Shown piece by piece: positions 38,901-53,400 of a DNA stretch of 64,000 bases (within the stretch, counting starts at the first letter, position 1; each line of letters begins with the position of its first letter). The notes below the pieces were generated by a model, which was given only the letters and a program-made list of their open reading frames with translations, was not told the origin of the DNA and ran no database searches. The translations under genes and the position numbers were made by a program. This stretch comes from Daphnia carinata (taxonomy: Eukaryota), in the NCBI RefSeq assembly GCF_022539665.2, contig NC_081333.1:4836001-4900000 (forward strand), in the 5' to 3' direction.

Positions 38901-41900
38901 CGGGAAATGTGTGCCCTCTCTACACGTACAGCAGGTGAGCTGCGAAACGTGAAGAAACAAGCGGGAGGCAAGAGGAAAGAGAGAAGCAGAGAAAAATAAA
39001 GTTGAAAACGCCTTGAGGTAGACTTCTGTGAATACCTAACGGTCATCATTTCACTCTCAGTTCAAGAGTCTTCGGTTACAACCTTTCGGGATTTTTCGTT
39101 TTTACTCGTTTCGTAGTAAAGATCATAATCAGATATACGTGGAAAGATACGACGAGACGATAGAAGTGCGTCAAGCATTCTTTACATTCGTTGTTATTGA
39201 TCCACTTTTTGTTTGGAAAGAGATGACTTTTTCCTCCGTGTTTTTTGTCATGGAGCAGGTGCTTTTTTTTTTTCACGCCATTTGCTTACGAAAAATCTTG
39301 TACGCACATTTTGACACATTGTCGGGCCACCGAACAATAATTGGAAATAGTAGGCGAATGATTGCTGTTCATCAAATGGTGTGCAGTTTCCAATTAGCAT
39401 GGAGCGTCAAAAAAAAAAAAAGAATTACATATTTACATATCAATTCATTTTAATTAAAAAAAAAAAAAAAAAAAAAGCCTTGCAACGGTTTGTTAAGAGT
39501 GAACGAAAGGAAACGCTGCAATGGCTGGCTGGAATGTGTTGACTGAAGGTCAATGAAGCGCATTGGCCTCGGGAAGATTCAAAAACCACGTAGCCGCAAC
39601 GGTCGCAACCCACCAATAACCACCACCACCAAGTTAACTATCAAACCGTCAGGTGTTTGGGGAGCTTTGGCTTTGTTGTTTGCTTTTCCTCTATCGTTTT
39701 TCGATGTCTATCGATTGCACGCCGCAAAACCACACCCTTACTGTATAGGGCCAAGAATAGGGCTATCCACGTCAAACCACGATGAACATTGTAGGCCCAA
39801 ACTACATAGTAGACGTAGTGCATACTTTAAAAGATCAAGTCCTGACGATGATCTATAGCCGTTTTCAAGCGACCGACATTTGAAGCCTGTCTCCAATGCA
39901 GCCCGGAGGCCGTCCGTGACAAATGAAACGAGAACAACGGCAAGTGAAACTACTGCATTCATGCACACCGACATGAACGCAAAAACAAACAAAAAAAGAG
40001 ACGTTTAAATGGCAAACGTCAATCTCGTCTCCGACGCAAGTCTTTTGAAGCGTAAGGAAAAAAACGAAAATGGTTACGAAATAAATGAGCTATTGTTTCA
40101 ATCTCGGGATACCTAATTCAATACACACGCTGCGGTTCTGTGTTTTCTTTTGCATTGGCTAAGAGCCCACCAACTGGAATTGATTCGTTTGACAATCACC
40201 CGCGTTTTTATTATTCCATCTATAGAGTTGTCTTGTTTAAATTGATCTTAAATTATTATTTTTTTTTTCGTGTACTATTTGTACACAAGTAGTTTAAAAT
40301 CAACTCTCTTCTAAACTTTCTTTACATCCTCCCCGATGTCTTTTCTGCTTGTCCGCCCCATTTTTATTTTTTTCTCTCTTCCATTTTACCTTATGGCTTC
40401 CACCGATGATGCCGTGTGGGGGCATGAGGATGACTTGCTTTGCCTCTTGAGGAGTAACCGGCTAAGGGATTTCGTAACGATTTCTTGGCATGTTTTAACC
40501 AATTGACATGCAACTCCGGTGCATTTGTCTGGTGCGGACGTGTTCACATCCATCTTTTCATGTCCCCTCCTACTATTCCAAACGCAAATATTGATTCTTT
40601 TCTTTAGTCATTTTTCAGAAAGAAAAAATAAAAACTTTTAGTTGCTTGTTTGCACTTGCTTGTTTGTTTTTTTTTCGGGCCTTTTCTTTTATGGTTATTA
40701 TCTCCTCAATTGAATCTGATTTTTTTGTTTTTGTTTTTGTTGTTGTTGTTGATGGCTTCCGTGTCAAACGAGAACCGGTGGCTTACCGCATTTCAACGCC
40801 AGAACTGCACTACCCTAGTCTGTAGTGGACTGTTACCAAAAAACAGCAAGAAAACGAATAATAATAGTCAAGCGCATGGAACGTCAGTCAAATAGCAAAC
40901 GCGGCTTTGCGTTGATGCTCTCCTCCACCTACACCGCCGCTATACGTCGAACTGCCATGCGATTTGCGCAGTATAAAAAAAAAAAATGTCTTTCTAGCGA
41001 AACAAAACAAAACCGAAATAAAACGAAGACTAAAAGTACTTCTCCAGGGAATGAGCTGTAACTTGACGTCGAACGGTCTCCCTCTCTCCCTTTTTTTCTG
41101 CTTATTTCCCTTTTTTTTTATTTTTTCTCCCGTTTCATTCGATTTAGTTTCCGTTTCTCGGTAACGTATACGCATTCCCTTTTTGACAACGTTCGCAGTG
41201 GGCCGCTGTGAGACTCTGAGAACGACAGCAACTCGGCAAAAAAAAAAAAACAAGCAATATATTTCATTCCTTCTTCCTCTTCTTCTCAAGAGTTTTACAA
41301 CTTTTCCAGCCCGGGCTGGAACAGTGTGGCAAGCGTCAAGAGTCACGATAGAGCCAAAGTCGCTCTCTGCCAACCGAAAACAGAAGAGGGAAAGCGGATG
41401 CCGTAGCCACGGGTAAAAGTAAAGAGCAGTCCCTCAGTATATAATATAGCTTGATCAATATGCTTGGGCTATACGTTGACGTGAGTTTTAGAACTGCCGC
41501 TTCCCGTTGGTCCCAAATTGAGTTGGCTTGTGTGCAGGTTTTAGCTGACTGTTCCACTTGCTACTTACTCTCTTTTTTCTTATACGTCCCGTTCTCTCTC
41601 AAGCGTTGCCCTACACTGCGTCTGTTTGTTCTTGTTTTTGTTTGTTTTCGACATGCGACGTGACGGATCTGGGCGGCTGCGAGTGTCGTCCCGTTACCCG
41701 TGCCCCCCCCCCCTCCCCTCCCCCCACTATTCCAATCGTTTCACCGTGTCCATGAATCAGTCGACCAATGGATGGGTTGGCTTGCTATTTATCCCACACT
41801 TAAATCGTTTGTGTACTTAGTCTTCTTAGATGAAGGGCCTGGCCAGGGCGTATCATCCGCACCAGCACAAACACTTCATTAATGTATGAAAGTGAGTGAG

Positions 41901-44900
41901 TCATGCAGTCAAGACGCTCGACGTCCTCATCGTTGGCCATGCAATAGTTTTGCGCCCGTCGTTGTTCTATTGCTTAATGCTACTTGTATACTTTCGTGTT
42001 TGGCTCTGAACGAGCCCACACCGAAGCCCCTGCGCCCCCCCCCCCCCCCCCCCCCCGTTTTCGCAATGCAGATTGTGTCAAAGAGGCTAGTAGGGCTGGG
42101 TCCCGGGATTGCAGACTGTGTCGCCGGCATTTGAAGCGATAAGTCGGACTAAGGCACACTAGCAAACTCTCGACTTAAATAAGCAGCAGCAAAGACGTTA
42201 GACTCTGTGTGTCGTCAGTTGGGGTACTCTTAGGTGTTCGTGCGCCTCTCCTTGCCCAGCCAATGAATAGACAATGATCTTCCTTAATGACCGAGCGGCC
42301 GGTGAGGAGGTCCTCATTGAACCAATGACCCAGTGTACTTGCAACCGCCCCTCGTTTAGCGACGAATATAAGTGGAGCTAGGCGTAGAACTTACTCATCT
42401 AATATTCTTTTTATTTTATTTTTTATTTATTTATCTTTTTTTTTTTGTTTTTTGACAAAGTGTTCCACGTTTAAGTATGAAAGATCATGTGTCCAAGAAC
42501 TCTTCACTGTAGACTTATTATTATCCAGAGATCATTATGGCACAGCTGAAGTGACAAAGAGGGGAAGGCCGGCACGAGTACAATGTCCGTCTCTCACTCT
42601 CTTGAGCGCATCGCTTTACGCCACGACAACACTGGAATGAGATCGTATTAGTTGGCACACCTTCCTTTACTATTTTTTTTTTTTTTTGAAAATCTTTTTG
42701 GGATCACAGCTGATGCTGTTATTGCCTCAAGAAAATTGATTTTAAATTTTGGTTTCCCCACACGAACAGAATGCAATTTTCTGATTGGGGAGCGCATATG
42801 ATATTGAAATAGAAAGAAAGCAAGAGCGATCCAAAAATGAAATGCAATCAAAGCTCAAGTATCAGCAGCGTGGTTTGGAGTACATACTTCAACTTGAGCA
42901 GAAAATATCCAATTACAACGAACTGTGTGCACGGGCTCCGATTCTTGACCAGAAAACGCCGACCTCCCTCTGTTCTTTCCGAGTTCTTTGGGGTCGACCT
43001 GCATGATTGATGAGTTGGATCGATGCATAGCGCTAGCATAGCAGTTAGCCCCACGATGACAGCCGAAGCAAACAAAAAAAAAGGCTAGGAAGACGACACA
43101 TAACTAATTGGAGAGTTGGCCCTGTATTTTCGTCATTCTCATAATATTAACTTACTAGACAAACTGCGCCATTTTTAATGCACCCCACCCCATTTTTTAT
43201 GCACACCCCTCCCTTTTTTTTATTTGCACTGACGAGTAGAGTTATTTTACGATACGCATACTGCAACTCAAAGAGAGGTTAAACACATAATCGCAGTCAA
43301 GTAGATCCACCAAAGGTGAGCCTTTGGAAGCCTCTCAGCTAAAGAGGAATTTTGTGTAACTCATATGGAGATCAGAGATGCCTTTCCCGTTCGGGTTTCA
43401 CAGACTTGATCTTCTATGGCGTTCATATTTACAGCTCTCGTCGCTCGTCTAACCGCATCCGCAATGACGGATTCATTTTTCGAACGGTGTCGATCCCCTT
43501 CACACGTACAACACGTAAAGTAAAAATGGCGGCTTGCGGCCTGAATCACCTTTGTTTGAGAAAGGCCGCTTAGCAGACCACCTTTTATTTTATTATTATT
43601 ATTTTTTTTTTAATTCGATTTTTTATTATTTTTGAAAGACGGCCGAACATTAATGTCCAGCCATCCGGGGATTGTTGGCTGTCTTTTTCTAAAAAAAATC
43701 GAATCCAAGTGTTAAGATATCCGCAATGGAATGCTTTTGAATTTATCTTAAGTTTTGATACTTCTGGTCGCACTTTGCCGTATATCCCTATACATACAAC
43801 GTGTTATTACCGTTCGCTTTGTGACTTTTTTTTTTTTTTTTTTTCAATTCATAATATCACAGGGAAATAGAAAGGGGGTGGAGGGAAATCTTTTAGTTTA
43901 TTGCTGCCCTCTGCCCCCTTCTCTCTGATGCGAGATACTTGGACGTTCTCTTATCTTCCCTGTATAAAATATACATATATATGTATGACGATGCTTATCC
44001 ATCACGGCTTAGTTTTTCTTAAATGTATTCCAGAAATATGACTGGTAAAAAAAAAAGGGAATTATTTTATTTATTATTTTTTTTTTTTTTTTTTTTTTTC
44101 GTGTGTATGTGTGTGAGGATGTGGAAACGAATATGGGGAGCTGAGGTAATGGAGAGCTTTGGCTGGCTTTGCTTCCGGCCTCTCCTCTTCTCCCTTATGC
44201 GGTTGTCCATTTCCTTCCATCTCTGTCGCTTTCTCCTTTTTTGAGTGTTCACCAGATAAACATGAATACATGTCCTTTTGTGATACTTGACGTGCTACAG
44301 GAACCATATAAAAAAAAAAAAAAAAAAAAAAGACGAGGGGGGGGGGGGGCCATGATGAGAAAAATAAAATAAATAAAAAATAAAAACTTGTGACACTAGA
44401 AGGAAGCCACACACGATCATTATGCATTCGTAAGGCTTCAAAACTACTTGACGTCCCCCCCCCTTACGGTGTGGAACAAACGGTGAGAGAAGAGCCAGGC
44501 ATTGACCACAACTAACACGGCCCATGGTTGTGTTCTCGTTGTTAGTAATACACACACACACATGGCGGTGTGGAGCGCATTAAAGTGCAAGGACCTCGGC
44601 AACGTATACCGACGACGGCTGTTGATTCGAATAATACTGTTGTAGGTTTCCTGTTTCCGGTGTGGAAAGGTGATCAAGATGGAGTGGATGAGTAGGTGCA
44701 ATAGCGACGCATAGATTCTTCTAGTGCTTCCTTCCGAACGCTAGGCAAGCCGAGTTAACTCGACAGAACATAGAGGATAGCTTTTCGGAATCAGCTGGCC
44801 CTGGTCGGGGTTTTGCTCTCTGCCTGAAAACGTGCGGTGGCCGATGCCAAAAGAATAGAACCCAGTGCCAAAAAAGACGGAAAGAGAGGGACAAGGACGA

Positions 44901-47900
44901 GCAGGCGAAAAACGTAGCCCTATGACAACCGAACGCCACCACGCACGATCGATACACATAGTATAGACTCGGTGTATCAAGGATGTAATGGGTTGAGTGG
45001 GGAGGAATCGGGCAAGTGTAAGATGGGATGGGGTGAACGTCGGCGTGAAGTTCTCTGTCGTTTTTTTTTTTTTTTTCTATCTTTATTTTCCTTTTTTGTT
45101 TTTTGTTTGTCCTTACCCGCGTCCATCTTCCTAGCGGCGTGTGGCACGGGCGGGCAATAACGACGCAGTGAATAGGAGCAATGGAACGTGTAACTCTGGC
45201 GACGGATCAAAAAGAAAATGATGGTAATAATACACACACACACACAAAAAAAGGAAAGCAACAACAAAACGAAAGGAAAAGATGATGCGAAAGCAAAGCA
45301 AAGGTTTTCGCACGAGAATCCTTTTGTTCTTCCACTTACCTTCTTGATTTTCACCATTTTCTTTTGAAAGAGTCTCGGTGTTTTGTTTTTTTAAGGGGAG
45401 AGCGGGAGATTCAATTCACCGTTTACTTTACATATGCCTAATAATACAAAATAGAAACTGAAATGCTTTAGCTATAACTCCGTAACTACAACATGTAAGA
45501 TTTGCAGCGTATCGTCATCAACTCAAAGCTACTTCCCTCTTTCCCTTAAAAAAAAAAAAATAAATAAACAAAAGAAAAAAAAGTAATGAAAAAGCGAACA
45601 AAAAACAAAAAACAAAAAGGAAAAAGAAAATAAAAAACAAGGAAGAAAAAAAAAAAAAGAAAAAAAAGAAAGGAACTAAGAAAAAGTTTGCTCGGGAATC
45701 AGATAGGGAACCAATCGACTGTCAATGGTGGCGGCCGTGCAGAAACTACTATAGAGAAGATTCGGTAAAGGGAGTCCAGGGAAGGACGATAGAAGAAAAT
45801 GATGTATGAAGAGTTGGACTAAGAAAAGAACAAGACGCAACTGGGGTCTGGCCGCAAGAAGAATCAAATCCAATAAGAACACGGACCAGGAGGGAAAAAA
45901 AAAAAAAAAAAAAGTTTTGAAAGGCAGCGAGAAAGAAATAAGGAGCGAGAAAGAGAATCGACTTGGAAGGCAGTCGGACGACTCTATTCCCCCTCCTTTT
46001 CCTTTTTTTTTTTTTTTTTTGTTCTTTTTCTTTCTTCCGATTCCAAGTCGTCCGTCTCGCAATCGTTCTGCTCTCTATATCGGCCTTAGATGGACCTTCT
46101 ATCTCTGAGTGCATCGCGCGCCAGCTCATCTTATTTCCAGCCCGTCGTCATCTTTCTCTGTCGGGTTGTTTTCCTTTTTCTCTTTTGGCCTCTTCCCATT
46201 TTATTATTATTATTATTATTATTCGTGGCTTTCCGTTCTCCTGTTGTTTACGTCTTCAGCTTTTTTTGTTTTGTTTTGTTTTGTTTTCACCCTGTTCCTT
46301 GATGCTCTGTGACGGTCACGAAATACGAATCTGCGGCAACTTTCTTCGAGTTTTTTGGTCAAAGACTTGGATCAGCTGGACCATTACAGTTGATAGTTTG
46401 GTTTCTTTCCTTTTTTTTTTTTGGTTTTTGCTTTCCATCCATGGCTGTCTTGCTTTTTTTTTTTTTTTTGCGGTTTAACTGGGTCGGGTTGTATATTTTT
46501 TTTTAAAGGAGGTAAATGTCGGCGTCTTATTGCCGATAAATCCGCGTCTGCAACCCCTTGGCAGACGGAGAGAACACGGACGAATTTGTGGAAGAATTTC
46601 GCTTTTCTCAACTAGGGAATAAGCAACTGCGTTATTAAGAAACACCAAAAAAAAAGTCCGTGTTTTGGGAACGCGATGATTAAAAGAAAAGTGAGAAAAG
46701 GGATAACAAGAAAGAATTTCGGCCAAGAAGATGAGGCACACACACACATTTAGGGAATCTTTTGTTTTTATGATGATTTGAAAATGTTTTGACTTGGCCC
46801 GTTTGTCGGTTGGCCCGTTGTCGGTGAGGGATGGCGGCTAAAAAAAAAAAAAAAAAAAAAAAAGTCCTGGAATTTCCCTCTGCTACCCCCATCGATCCTT
46901 TATATAACTATCTAACATAATGATTGAGCGGAGCCGAGCGCTATACGGTATGAGGAAGATGCATGAGAATGCGACGCCACCACCACTGTCAGTCGATGCA
47001 TAACATGTACAGCGCGTACACCCATCACGACCCCCTTATTCACCCTCGCCTTTAAAAAAAAAATAAATAAATAAAAAAAAGAGAAGAAAATACAACGATT
47101 CCTTTTTTTTTTTTAGGCACACAAAGGCAATGGGGAGAGAAATAACGAAAGGAAAATAAAGAACATTACAAATTACGCCGGCTCTTCTTCTTTTTTTCTG
47201 AAAGACTCACCATTTATGACCCTGGCACTAAATGTTACCCTGATTCTTTAAGCTTTCGGTTAAGACGTGGAGCTCGTTAAGGGTCAAAGGGCCGTTCAGA
47301 TAAGAATACACAGCCATCGGTATACCTCTTGTTATTTTTCCGTTGTTGCCTTTTCCTTTTTTTTTTTCTTTTTCTATGCCGCTCAGGCGGAAAAAAAAGG
47401 AGTGTCAATGAAAACCTCCTCCGACATTATCAAGTACCCCCAAGTTAAATGGATAGTTAAACGAAGAAACGTGATAATGGCTGTCATGCTGATCCCAATC
47501 CGAGTTCAGTCAGGTTGCGCAACCTCGTACCGCTTCAACAGTCATTTCTCTTTCTTCTCTTCATTTTAAATTCTTCTTTTGTTCTTTTATAATAGATCTA
47601 AATGTCTTCGGGTGACACGAACTTTTAGTGCGTCAAATCTAATGGTTATGAAACTGATTTTAAAATTTGGTGTCAAACGTACGGCAAGGTAAATGAAGGC
47701 CGCCAGCCATTTGTCTCATCTCCGTCTATGTAATGACACACAGCGATGATGATGATCTCTCCATTGCGTAACGATTGCACCCGTTTCACTTTCGTCTTGG
47801 AAATGAATTCGGTAGTGGCGCTTGATTGCGGAACCAACACGACACTGCGGAACATGCGTTGCCCTACTGAGATTGTAGATGCATCACGAAGGAGAAGTTT

Positions 47901-50351
47901 AATTCACGCACATTTGGGTTTGTTCAAATGACAAAACTATCGAAAGTCGATCGATTCCGCCTGACGGCCAGCAAGGAACGCACAGATTGTTGAGCCGGCA
48001 ATGCGCATTCAAGACGCTTTGCAACTAGTTGTAGCGCAAGTAACACAAAATCGATGGCGTTACGATCATTTTTTGTTGTCGCATTCAATATTCATTCAAA
48101 ATGCGCAACAAATTCATAAGCCAGAGGAAGTGTGCAACGGAAAGTGTTTTGAGTGGGTAGATTCGATCTGTTGCGATTCTCTGGGGACAATGAATTCAAG
48201 ACGTGGGTTCTGGTTTCTTTTAAGCCATCCGATTTTCTTGTTTTTTTGTTTTGTTTTTTTGTCTCTCATCATTTGTTTTGGCATTCCATTCTTTGGATAT
48301 ATACAGTAGGTTTTTATTCACTTGATTTCCGCCATACATCCTGCGTTGCGCTTTAATAGTTGAACGTCAATTTTTACAATCGGTTTGTGAGATTGTTTGT
48401 TGGCCTGTCGATACTCATTACACGCTTGCGTGGATGGCTTCAAAAAGACGAGTTTAGAGAAAAAGAGTGAGACAGAAGACGAATGAAATACAACAAATAC
48501 ACGGGGCGACGCGATTCAACTGCTGCCGTCTGTGTGTCGGTATTTATTGAGCGGAAAGTTGGACCCCTTTTGTTCCATCGTCTTTTTGATCCTCCCCACT
48601 GTCTCCTCATTCTCTCGTCTGCCATTGAAATGTTTGGGTTCCTGTTTCTTGTGTCTCATTTTCAACTGTTGTCGGGCATGTTGACGACCTTGTCGCCTTT
48701 CAAACATTTTATTTTTCATCTAGTCTTCTTGTTTGATGTCCTGATCGACTGGCCGACTACCTACTGGCATTCTCTGCGTGCCTACACCGCCGGTGATTAC
48801 CCCCCGCCCCCCCCCCCTTGCTCAACGGTCCATTCTTATGACCAGATGAAAACTGACAAACTTCAATTATTTTCATTTTCCCCTTCAAGACATACGCCCA
48901 GCTAAAAACTGACAGCGGAGGATAACACAAAAAAAAGAAATCAAACAGACTAACTAGGAATTCTCTGACCTCCGTATATCGAAAACCATTGAATCCAGTG
49001 TTCTTGCAAACTCTGACAATGCGGGTGAACGATGTCCTATCGAACGCAGAACACCATAAGGCTGCGTATGTACTATATACCAGTGTCGAATGCACTAAAT
49101 ATATTGTTGCCACAGTAGAGCTAGTTGAGGCAGCACTGTTTACTGAAAAAGCTATCTGGCAATGGAGGATCTCTTAACTGCCGAGTCAGTGCGCCGCTCT
49201 ACTCCAGGACGACAGTTATGAATTTAAAAAAAAAATAAATAAATAAAAATACCTAGATTTTTTTTTCCGCCTTTTTAAACCGATTGCTTTGTATAATCGA
49301 ATGCATAACGCGGCCACAACTAGATGGAATGCATGTAGCTTGACAGACCCATAAAAATGAATGATAGTTAGGTAGGGGGGGGGGGAGCAAATGGCATAGT
49401 CATTGCCTAAGCTTTGTACGAGACGCCAAAGAAAAAAACAAACAAAACAAACGCGCATAAATAAATAGAAAATACAAATCAATAGTGTGTCTGTTTCTGC
49501 CGTGTCACCACCCCCAAGAGGACGAGGGAAGTTGGCAGACGAATAAGAGAGTTTTATTCGAATGATGGAGGGTGTTGGAAATAAAAACCGCATTCAGAGC
49601 CACCGTTACGTTGTACCACTGTACCTTGCCATTTTTTTTCCGGAAATGGGGAGCTGGGAGGGATAGAGGCGATAATAAAGACGGGCGTAACGGGAGAGAG
49701 AGAGAGAGAGAGAGAAAGAACAGCGCCGGGTACTTGCTGAGGGGGCCAAGGGAAAGCTAAGATTATTCTGATACAGCCCATATCTTTTTTTTTCTTTTTG
49801 TTTTCATTTCAATTTTGTGATTATATAGTGAAGAATGGATTTCAAAAACGAAAAATTACAGGGCATATCGCACACGGTATACCTTAAGCTGAGCACGACA
49901 TTTAATGTGACATCAACAGAAGTAGACTATTCCTACCACGAGTTTCATCCGCGTTAACGCGAAAACGTGTCCAATTCACTCGACTCCCATCGTCTAGAAT
50001 TAGATTTTTTTTTTCCCCACAACATTTACTGATTTCCGGCTGACTTTCGTCTGTCCTCGTACCGCCAGCCAAGTCCGGCCGATTCATTTTCTCTCTTAAC
50101 TTCAAAACAAGGACACTGGGATGGGCTTTTTCTCACAATGGTTCTCTCTCGTATTATCTAGTATCAAACTGGAACACTATTTACTACGTAATGAAATTAT
50201 TAGCATCGCTTGTACAGTCCGCGCATGGTCCCTCGTTCAGTGGGCTACTTTATGTTGTTAACTTCACAAAAGAAAAGGAAAATAAAAAAAAGTTCGTCCT
50301 ACATTTGCTTTAACATTTGCTATAACGCCGAAAGTTGAAAGGTAGGAATTT

Positions 50352-50354
<3 letters not shown>

Positions 50355-50414
<60 letters not shown>
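50355..50414. repeat. (AG)30 microsatellite
   Basis: Directly visible. Confidence 0.95.
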
Positions 50415-50416
<2 letters not shown>

Positions 50417-53400
50417 AACGGAGATAAAGAGAGAGAGAGAAAGAGAGATGGGTGGGTGGGTGAAGCTTGGGAACAGATCAATAATCTGACTTTGCCATAG
50501 CTAACGTCTACACGTTTTCTTTCTCTTCCGTCTTTATCTTTTCCCATGCGCTTCATCCCTCTCTATTTTTTGTTCTTCTCCTTTCTCTTTATCTATGTTT
50601 CTCCTCCCGCTTGTCTATCTCTCTTGCCTGCCATTCTTCCACCCTCAGCCGTCTCCAACCCAACGCATAAGAACTAGGCGCACTCTTTTCTGCAATGCCG
50701 CATTATACTCTTCTTTTTCCATATTTTTTTTTTCTTTTTTTTTTCGTCGGCGAACGCACCTTACGGCCATCGAATGTTGAGGTTGATGATACGAACTTAA
50801 ATAACCAGGCTGCCAGCAAGCCACTTGTCAAATAACAGTCGGCTTCATTGACTTGTACGGGTAAACGTACTGTACGTACATACGAGCGAAAGAAAGTCAA
50901 AGTTTGTAAACAAGTTAATTGTAGAGAAGTGGCTGTCTGTCAGCTCCTACAAGCCGCTTGTGTGTTGGAAAAGAGCAGGTGCGCTGTGCCTAATGGCAGT
51001 GGTGAAACTCAATAACATCGCCGACTGACAGACAAGACAGGCCCCATCGTTGCTATCTCCGCAAAAGAACGAAAGGCGCCGTGACGTGTTAGATACGATC
51101 GCCCTTTTACAGTCTGCATAGATCAACGCATCCATATTCCATATGGTTTCATACTATTCCCACATTCCCATCGATCAGCCTAATGATTTTTTTACAGAAC
51201 AGTTTTACTTGAAATCTTAAAAAAAAGGCACGTTAACGTCATAAGGGATGTTTCACTCGGATGGAACTGACCAAAGAAAATGAGTGTAAATGTGGGAGGA
51301 GAGAAGTCAGTGGACCAGCATTTTTGCCTCCAGTTTCCAAGCCAAATAATCTGAGAACGGGAATTGGTAGCGATCACCAGGTGTCAGCTCGTTGGAGGCG
51401 TGTCTGGTATTTCCCCCTTTAAAGATCTAACGCCGTCTTGCTCGGCAGATTCTTCCGGCATTGCTTAGCCAATGGAAACCCTGCAAGGGGAAAGAGGGGA
51501 AGAAATTTCTGGAATTTAAAAAGTGCTTTTATCGGTAGTGAAGACGATGACCAATGTCAATCAGGCACAAAGCGATAGCATTCTTTTTTAACACTGAACA
51601 TTGCTTTGCGGCCGTTACACTAGGTTTTTCGTCTACCTATCGCTCTATCTCAATTAGGCAGTTTAAACGTGGATATGCATGTTGTTTAGCGATTATATAT
51701 TTCAATTCCTAATGCCTTGCTGGCGAGACTGATGATTAGAAGGAACACCTACATGAGAGGGGACGATATTAATTGTGAGTATTAGGTAAACGGAACCAAA
51801 TTTTGCGAGATTGGGAATCCTCATTGAACATACTTAAACGAAGTGTATTTCGAAATTTTTGTAGGAAATATTTTCGGAATGTCGGAGCATGTATAATTTA
51901 AAATCAAACCAAAAAACACCTTGGTCACAGTGCACTGAACGCTGGTCTTACTGCATTGTGCCATAAATGCAGAGGTGTGGTTGACGTGGCTGACGTGAAC
52001 GCAAAGAAGGGATCAATTTGAAAAGCCGAAAGGCGTTGACATTCTCGTTTGAAAGTGACGCAAAATGCGTCACTTTAATGCAAGTGACAAAACTGCCCGC
52101 TAATTGCTGCGTAGAAGGGGGGGGGGGGAACATCATATCGATCGTGTCTCAAAGGCAGCGCTGGTAGCGAGATGGAGGTACGAGTTCTATGCGAATGGAA
52201 AAGAAAGAGACAGACATAGAGAGAGGGCGAGAGAGAAAGAGATACAGAGAAAGAGTAAATCGAAGAGGAAAGAGGAACGAGATGAGCACCACCGGGGAGA
52301 CTGAGCAGAAGAAAACGGGAGAAAAAGCGTAGAAAAGGGAAAGAACAGAAGACTGACGTAGTATAGTCACTAGCGGAGCATTAAAAAACAAATAGGGGAA
52401 GCAGGAAAAAAAAAAAAAAAAAAAAACCATCCAGCTATTTGCTGCTGAAAATGAACGGAGACCTGGATGCCACGCGTCTCGCAGTGGATACTCGCAACAA
52501 CCGTAGACGAGTATGAAAATGCGGGGATGTGAGGTGGGGTGGGGGGGGGGGGGGGGAAAATGGACGCGGGTGTTGGCCTTGTTTGCATAGAAGCCAGCCA
52601 ACCGCGTGCTGTTTAAACTAAAAGGGGATGCAGAGGAAGCGACGTGAAGAGCTGAAATGAATTCGTGAAAAGGGAACGCGTGACAGTAGTAGAGCCAGCA
52701 ATGGTGGCAGCAACATCAACAACAGTAGCAGCGGCGAAATCTGAGCCGTTGCTGACGGAGCTGGCAATCGTTTAACAAACAAAAAATAAATGAATGAACA
52801 AATAAATAAATCAAAACAAATCAAAAAATAAAAATAATAATACTAAGACAAGCAGCGTATAACTCACCCATTACACATCAATGCACAATATTCCCATGAT
52901 TCGAAAAACCTAAATAGAAATTCGACGAAAAACAGATCACGTTTGCCTAACGCGATTAACTTTTTTGTTTGATTTGATTTTGCTTTTTGGTTTTTACGAA
53001 ATGTTTGCGGAAACCTTTTTTTTTTTTGCGCTGTCGAAAATCTAAGTGACCATTTAAGGACACTTGATAAGAACATTAAAGTAAATGACGCGAAGAAGTC
53101 AGGATTGTGATGCTTGACCTCTTCCTAATCGTTTAGACGTTGCTCTAGAACGAGTTAACGATTGAAACTTTGCAGAGGGTGGAGGGGGAAGCAAAGAAAC
53201 AATGATTGTTTCATCCTCGGTTATCCTACAACCTTTCTATTATGGATACACTTGGGTTTAGGACCTTTGAGTACGTGCGGCTTGCGTTCCAAAGTGTTGC
53301 TTTCGTAGCGGCCAGCCAAGTATCAATTATTACTTTTGAAATGGTACGATGGTGGCGTTGCTGGATCCAATAAAAGGATGCAAAACTGAAATAAGCGAAT